Positions 59,035-64,000 of a stretch of DNA of 64,000 nucleotides are shown one piece after another. The stretch's first letter is position 1; each line of letters begins with the position of its first letter. Origin of the DNA: Candidatus Latescibacterota bacterium (lineage in GTDB: Bacteria; Latescibacterota; UBA2968; UBA8231). The notes beneath the pieces were generated by a model, which ran no database searches, was not told the DNA's origin, and saw only the letters and a program-made list of their open reading frames with translations. The position numbers and the translations under genes were made by a program. Location: positions 608,001-672,000 of the forward strand of contig CBDETY010000003.1 of assembly GCA_965243025.1 (NCBI GenBank), in the 5' to 3' direction.

Positions 59035-59286
59035 CTATTTCAGGCGCCGGTAGAAGCCATCCTGAATCATCTCGATTTTACCCTGACGTGGAAGTTGTCG
59101 AGTCAAAACTTCTGAAAGAGAATTATATGGGTTCTCTGCTCTTGATTTTGTCTTTTTCAAAATCCTGTCAAACCGAACCCTGACCTTGAGATCGGCAGCA
59201 TAGAAAGTGCACCCGCAGGGTACGAAACTCACGATTTCATCCCATACGGCTTGTTTCCATGAGATTCTCTTTTCAGACTGGCTCAT
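59035..59286 (-). CDS. Stand-alone winged-helix protein resembling the DpnI/Dam-replacing wH domain
   Basis: SWKQAV...TKSRAENPYNSLSEVLTRQLPRQGKIEMIQDGFYRR pattern; AAGGAGG upstream. Confidence 0.55.
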   Translation of the reverse strand: MSQSEKRISWKQAVWDEIVSFVPCGCTFYAADLKVRVRFDRILKKTKSRAENPYNSLSEVLTRQLPRQGKIEMIQDGFYRRLK

Positions 59287-59593
59287 CTTGCTCGGTTCCG
59301 CCTCCTTCCCGGTTCCGGTTCGGCGAATCCGCTCACCGGTCATGACCGGTCAGGGATCGCCAGCAAGCCGGTGGGGTTCCCCCTCTATGTAGATATGGAT
59401 ACGGAAAGGAATGATCCAGATCGGCTTGGATGTATTATCAATAAATTTGCTTCATGCGGTTTTCGATCTATGTGATGATTCCACTCATCGATTCCGGACT
59501 TGATGGTGGCCGGGGTCAGGAGGCGCCAGCTTTTCTGGTCAGCCACCATCTCGCGGAGGGAATTGCTCTTCCTTGACTTGAAATCTTCCCCTC

Positions 59594-59929
59594 CTACCAG
59601 AATTTCAGCATAACAAAGGTCCATCTAAGCCACTCGGATAGGGATTTTCGTCTAGAAAGACGTGGGTTAGGGGATAGTATGTTAGGTTCCTCGCATAGCC
59701 TACGGATAAGACTCATGTCTTTTGTGATCGTCTCATTGAGGAGGTGTAATGATTCCCTAGGCATACCCGATCCATTATCTTCCGAAGCTAGGCCAATGGT
59801 GTTTCTAAGGTGAGATTGGATGTCCTCAGTTGACATGCCTCTGCTCTTAAAGTCTCTGGCACACATTAGAGCAACGATAATTCTAAGAGAGTATATGTGT
59901 GCCAGTAGCTGATGTTCTTGACATGACAT
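59594..59929 (-). CDS. Hypothetical protein (111 aa)
   Basis: AT-rich open frame starting 3 bp after the upstream ORF stop. Confidence 0.45.
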   Translation of the reverse strand: MSCQEHQLLAHIYSLRIIVALMCARDFKSRGMSTEDIQSHLRNTIGLASEDNGSGMPRESLHLLNETITKDMSLIRRLCEEPNILSPNPRLSRRKSLSEWLRWTFVMLKFW

Positions 59930-59932
59930 ATA

Positions 59933-60187
59933 TCATACCTCTGGTATGTTAAATTCATCCACTATATTCTGTACTGGAATGTCTCTGTTAATACACCACT
60001 CAACGGCCGATTGCGTTGTGAAAAGAACTTTCCAACTATTCGTCCTATCTTGAGTCAAATAATAGATGTTTCCTCTGGATCGGTACCGAAATAGCTTTTC
60101 GAGTTTGGTGGAACATGTGTCTATGGGTTCCGCATTCTCGGTGTTAAAAGCCATCTGTCCGTCAATAGTCTCTCCGATTATTTTCAT
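59933..60187 (-). CDS. Hypothetical protein (84 aa)
   Basis: GGGAG RBS; AT-rich open frame. Confidence 0.55.
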   Translation of the reverse strand: MKIIGETIDGQMAFNTENAEPIDTCSTKLEKLFRYRSRGNIYYLTQDRTNSWKVLFTTQSAVEWCINRDIPVQNIVDEFNIPEV

Positions 60188-60428
60188 AATACTCCCTCAG
60201 TCTCGTAGATCCGGGACCACAGCGGCGACTCTCGCCGCTATTCCAGTCTGACGGCCCAGAGCGGATAGCTCGCTCAGGGCCTTCTGGCGTTTCTGCTCCG
60301 CCCGATTGCAAGACATGGCTACCTGATGGATTTCTTCATGGTATGGACGCGAGAGGAGATGGGCGAACTCCGGCTTGCGGTTAGTGTCATGCACAATCCA
60401 CGACCGCGCTCTTCCAGTTACCCGGTAG

Positions 60429-60632
60429 CTAACCTGAATCGCCATCAGCCGGTCCTTTCGATCCTTCTGAGGTGTCATCTGGCCGATTGGGCTTACGCAG
60501 CGACGGATCTGGCGGGTTGGCGGTGGCGAAGATGGCCTGAGCCAGCTCCTCCGGGGTGCAGTCGATCTTCAGGCGCCACTCAGGGCGGCCCTTCTGCTTG
60601 GCGCTGTCGTCTGAATCTGCGCGGTCAGTCAT
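60429..60632 (-). CDS. Small hypothetical protein (KGRP...IDCTPEELAQAIF), possibly IS1595-associated
   Basis: The motif recalls short ORFs seen downstream of IS1595 transposases (recollection, unverified). Confidence 0.5.
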   Translation of the reverse strand: MTDRADSDDSAKQKGRPEWRLKIDCTPEELAQAIFATANPPDPSLRKPNRPDDTSEGSKGPADGDSG

Positions 60633-60653
60633 GCTCGGAAATTACCCCCCGGC

Positions 60654-61484
60654 TCATTCTGGGTCAATTACGAAAGCGTCGTAGGAGACGGGCAGGCTGA
60701 CCCGCTGGCCTACGGCCTGAAGATGCTCTATTCCATTAGAAGGTTCTTCTGTGAATCCGAGCGGCTCCCACATGGCTGCGGAGTCCCGGACCATGATGAC
60801 GGCCCGCCCGTCAGGGGCCAACATCATGTGGATCTTGTCCACGTCCTTTGCGCTCAGGAGTCCGTCATGGCCGTGCAACACGAGGATCTGGTCGTACGGC
60901 TCCGTGGGATACCAGTGACCGAATGAGCAGTTGTGCAGCCGATCTGCGAATAACGGGTTCCTGCTGGCGCACACGCGGAGCATGTTTTCCGACAGGTCGA
61001 TTCCGCAGTAGTTCTGGGGTCGGATGTCCGGGCAGTTTCTCAGTAACCAGCCGGTGCCGCAGCCTACGTCGAGGATGCGCTGGCCGGTCAGATCGCCCAA
61101 CAGGGCCAGGAGGGGCTCGCCTCCGTGGTCATTAACCATTGCCTGATCGTACTGGTGGGCAACCTCATCATATGGCGTCTCGTAGTGCATCCGGGCGCGA
61201 TTCAGGATGGTGGTTTTGGCTGGCGGCCATCCCATCGTCCAGTAGTAGTGCCCGTTCAGCGTCAGGCTGCGGTAGTACTGGCGATTACCGTACCTGCGCC
61301 GGTAGCCGTAGGTCTGGACCATCTCCACGACTTCCTCGAACTCGTCCTCCGGCCAATTCACCCTGACGGTGTAGAAATGAGGTTTTTCGGGTATCGTCTT
61401 GGCGAATCGGAACGAGGCCGCGCCTACCAGCTCGGCCACCCGGAAAAGGCGCTCATGACTAATGGTGGGATCATTATCGAACAT
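60654..61484 (-). CDS. Class I SAM-dependent methyltransferase with an uncharacterised N-terminal domain
   Basis: ILDVGCGTG, GIDLSENML; N-terminal FAKTIPEKPHFYTVR...YYWTMGWP...TTILNRA; AAGGA RBS. Confidence 0.8.
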   Translation of the reverse strand: MFDNDPTISHERLFRVAELVGAASFRFAKTIPEKPHFYTVRVNWPEDEFEEVVEMVQTYGYRRRYGNRQYYRSLTLNGHYYWTMGWPPAKTTILNRARMHYETPYDEVAHQYDQAMVNDHGGEPLLALLGDLTGQRILDVGCGTGWLLRNCPDIRPQNYCGIDLSENMLRVCASRNPLFADRLHNCSFGHWYPTEPYDQILVLHGHDGLLSAKDVDKIHMMLAPDGRAVIMVRDSAAMWEPLGFTEEPSNGIEHLQAVGQRVSLPVSYDAFVIDPE

Positions 61485-61509
61485 GGCTGATTCCTTGATA
61501 GGGGAAGGA

Positions 61510-62091
61510 CTACCCGGCCAGCAGAATGCCCAGATAACTGCCGTATCGGATCAGTCCATCGGGGTCCGTGATGACGATCTTGCCATCGGAAATTTCACAC
61601 GTCGGGGCCGTCTGGAAGGACGAGGCGAACAGCTCGCCCCAGGCACCAAACTCCATCCAGTTGGAGCCGCCTACATCGTCGTACCCGGTTACGTCGACAA
61701 TGTCCTCTGAGACCCTGCTGCGTTCCAGATAGACGCCGAGGATATTGTCTTCCGAGAAGTTTTCGTTCGTGATGGTCCAGGATCGGGCCCCTCGACTGTT
61801 CCCGGAACCCGCGTGAAGTCCTACTTCGATGAAGGCGAACAGATTCCCAAAGGTAGTGGTAGTACTGCCGGTATCGACCGCTACGGTGTCGTAAACCGTG
61901 ACGGTGTTTGTGTCTGGATTATCGCCTTGGTAGACGACAGTTTCACCGGTGATATTGATCACCACACAGGCGGTGGTATCGGCGGCTTGTTCGGCGGTGG
62001 TCTTGGGAGAGGTGGCCGGGCCCATCGGGCCCTCGGGGCCCTGACAGGCCGACAGCAGGTAGGCGGCGAGCAGGATGGCTGAATACTGCAT
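61510..62091 (-). CDS. Lipoprotein with a short collagen-like GXX segment
   Basis: Lipobox LLSA-C followed by QGPEGPMGPA; AAGGAG RBS. Confidence 0.7.
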   Translation of the reverse strand: MQYSAILLAAYLLSACQGPEGPMGPATSPKTTAEQAADTTACVVINITGETVVYQGDNPDTNTVTVYDTVAVDTGSTTTTFGNLFAFIEVGLHAGSGNSRGARSWTITNENFSEDNILGVYLERSRVSEDIVDVTGYDDVGGSNWMEFGAWGELFASSFQTAPTCEISDGKIVITDPDGLIRYGSYLGILLAG

Positions 62092-62380
62092 GGTCCCTGT
62101 CTCCTTGAGGCGGGTGGGTTGACCCCGGCTCCGCTGTGGGGCCGGGCCTTGTCAAGCCTACACGCCAAGAGACAGCGGGAAGGATCCTGCTATTCGCCAG
62201 CTGAGAGGTAGCTAGCCCCCCAGCTCGGATGGTACGGCTGTTGTATTCACAGGAGACCCGACATCAGGGACCTCCTGACGCATAGACTTGACGGGTGGTA
62301 ATTTGCAGCCTGAGCGGCTGGCCATCAAGTCAATTCTGCGCTAATTGCTTATTCCAGCTTGTGTTAGGTGGTTGATCTCG

Positions 62381-63358
62381 TCAGATCGCGATCCCCCGCT
62401 CGCCCCCGGTCAGCTCGTCATATCGAAGACGCTTTCCGGTCATACCTCGGGCGAGAACCACCATCATCTCAATCGTGTCCTTGTCGCGGATGTTATGACG
62501 GCCGGCGAACTCGTTCAGGTATCGCTGCAGGTGCTTGAATGACATACGGAAGAAAGTACCTCCATAAGCCCGTTTCAGCACCGCCCAGTATCCCTCGGCG
62601 GAGTTGGTATGCGCCATGCCCCGGACGTATTCCCCGACACCGTGATTCACGGACTCATGGTTGGGGAGCCCCTTGTAGCCGTGGTGCTGATCGGTGTACT
62701 TCTTGGCATTCGGCTTGACGTTCGCCATCACCTGAGCCTGAAGCGTGATGGCCGTCACGTCAGGCACCGTTACGGCCCGGATTTCATTGGTTTTCCGATC
62801 CACGATTGCGACGACCGCCTGTTTGCCCACCGTGCCGCGCCCTTTCCGTAGCTTCTTGCGAGCGTGCTTGTTGGGCTCCTTGCCGCCGAAGTAGCTCTCG
62901 TCAATTTCCACCGGACCTTCCATCAGCTCGCCGGTGTTTTTCACGAATGCTTCCCGGATGCGGTGCATCAGGAACCAGGCACTCTTGTACGTGATTCCAA
63001 GGTGACGGCGTACCTGTATGGCGCTCACACCTCGCAGATGAGTGGTCACCAGAAACAGGCCGATTGCCCACTTCTGGTACCCCAACTTGGAGCCCTCCAT
63101 CACGGTACCCTTTTTCACCGAGAAAAACTGATGACAGTCCCGACACCGATACGGCATTTTCGGGTGCTTCGAAACCGAGGTGCTGACCGATCCGCAGGCC
63201 GGACAATACCGCTGGTCATTTGGCCACCTCTGCTCCTCGAACCATTTCTCCGCCGCCTTGTCGTCAGGGAACATGCGCATCAGTTCAGGGAGAGTAATCC
63301 CCTTGCGGTAGGCCCGTCCGGGTCCCTTGGAGCTATAGTTTGTCGGAAACTTGCTCAT
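62381..63358 (-). CDS. IS1595-family transposase
   Basis: Zn ribbon CPACGS...YRCRDC; SAWFLMHRIRE; VEIDESYFGG; YTD; HTNSAEGYWAVLKR; KHLQRYLNEF. Confidence 0.92.
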   Translation of the reverse strand: MSKFPTNYSSKGPGRAYRKGITLPELMRMFPDDKAAEKWFEEQRWPNDQRYCPACGSVSTSVSKHPKMPYRCRDCHQFFSVKKGTVMEGSKLGYQKWAIGLFLVTTHLRGVSAIQVRRHLGITYKSAWFLMHRIREAFVKNTGELMEGPVEIDESYFGGKEPNKHARKKLRKGRGTVGKQAVVAIVDRKTNEIRAVTVPDVTAITLQAQVMANVKPNAKKYTDQHHGYKGLPNHESVNHGVGEYVRGMAHTNSAEGYWAVLKRAYGGTFFRMSFKHLQRYLNEFAGRHNIRDKDTIEMMVVLARGMTGKRLRYDELTGGERGIAI

Positions 63359-63780
63359 ATCGGTATATGCTCGCTCATCGTCGTAATAAATATCAGCCAT
63401 TATCCGCTTTTTGTCAAGGTCTAAGTCGTTGTTTTCAAAGAGTTTAGGCTTAAGGAGACGGTGAGGGATCGCCCTGGTGGGCTCTGGCGGTACACCCGGT
63501 GAATTGGGCTTGACAACTCGTTTCTTAGTCCTGAACTTAGTACGCATAACGCCCTCCTTACTGTAGGTGGGTGGAGGTCAGCAAAAAGCTCATCCCGCGA
63601 ATCGAGAGTGGCTTTCTGCTGACTGTGGATGCGAGAAGTAACGGAATCAGCCGATCTGGTCGTCGTCAGCGACCTGATCGGCTTTTTTCGTGCTTCTCGT
63701 CGAAATTCACATACAATATACATATCCCGCTGGGTTTCCGCAGGGGGCGGGATACTTCCACATATGACTGGGTACTGAAA

Positions 63781-64000
63781 ATGGATGCTCTCAAACCCTT
63801 TAGCGATGTCCTCGTTTCGCTACTGCCCGAATCCGATTCAGGCAAAATAATCTGGCTGATTGTTTTCGGTCTTTTCGTCTTGATTGTAACTGGACGTCTG
63901 AAATTGGAATGGATTGGACAAGGGATTCTATGGATCGTACAAGTCGTTATACGGATTGCAAAACACTTTTGGAGCCAAGCACAGAACAGGAAGGAACGAG
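63781..64000 (+). CDS. Putative membrane protein, truncated by the window end
   Basis: Manual translation MDALKPFSDVLVSLLPESDSGKIIWLIVFGLFVLIVTG... is open to the edge. Confidence 0.5.
   Translation, partial: MDALKPFSDVLVSLLPESDSGKIIWLIVFGLFVLIVTGRLKLEWIGQGILWIVQVVIRIAKHFWSQAQNRKER

Noticed and set aside
59385-60478. Small ORFs 59385-59624 and 60197-60478
   Set aside because: They overlap neighbours and lack a clear RBS or motifs; possible but not supportable.
62270-62370. Integron attC-like site (minus-strand ACCTAAC ... GTCAGGA)
   Set aside because: No proper GTTRRRY partner, the ends do not pair, no integrase and no repeated sites between the small ORFs.

Overview
GC-rich bacterial chromosomal segment. 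The gene content (WD40, ankyrin and TolB-repeat secreted proteins, FlgD/T9SS-like and 'WGRIK' C-termini, several PhyH dioxygenases, glycoside-hydrolase-like proteins) resembles uncultured FCB-group host-associated bacteria such as Latescibacterota; this assignment is inference only. Most of 1-30 kb and 49-57.7 kb is scattered catabolic genes mixed with gene-fragment scars. 23545-25101 is a complete IS5/IS1182-like element with a CTAA target duplication. 30.5-36.6 kb is an XRE-regulated split glutamate-synthase/N-methylglutamate-synthase-like operon with two unusual fusions: GXGXG plus FMN barrel (frameshifted), and a GltD-like flavoprotein plus a degenerate second FMN barrel. 36.1-46.3 kb is a ~5 kb diverged tandem duplication carrying two ~1456-aa metzincin/21xWD40 secreted proteins and a duplicated 3' stub of the GltD-like gene. 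57.9-64 kb is a lower-GC accessory island with hicAB, small co-oriented ORFs (including a stand-alone DpnI-like winged helix and a fused methyltransferase), hairpin-rich spacers and an IS1595 transposase. No rRNA, tRNA or CRISPR array was seen. All family calls come from motif recognition by eye, not database searches.
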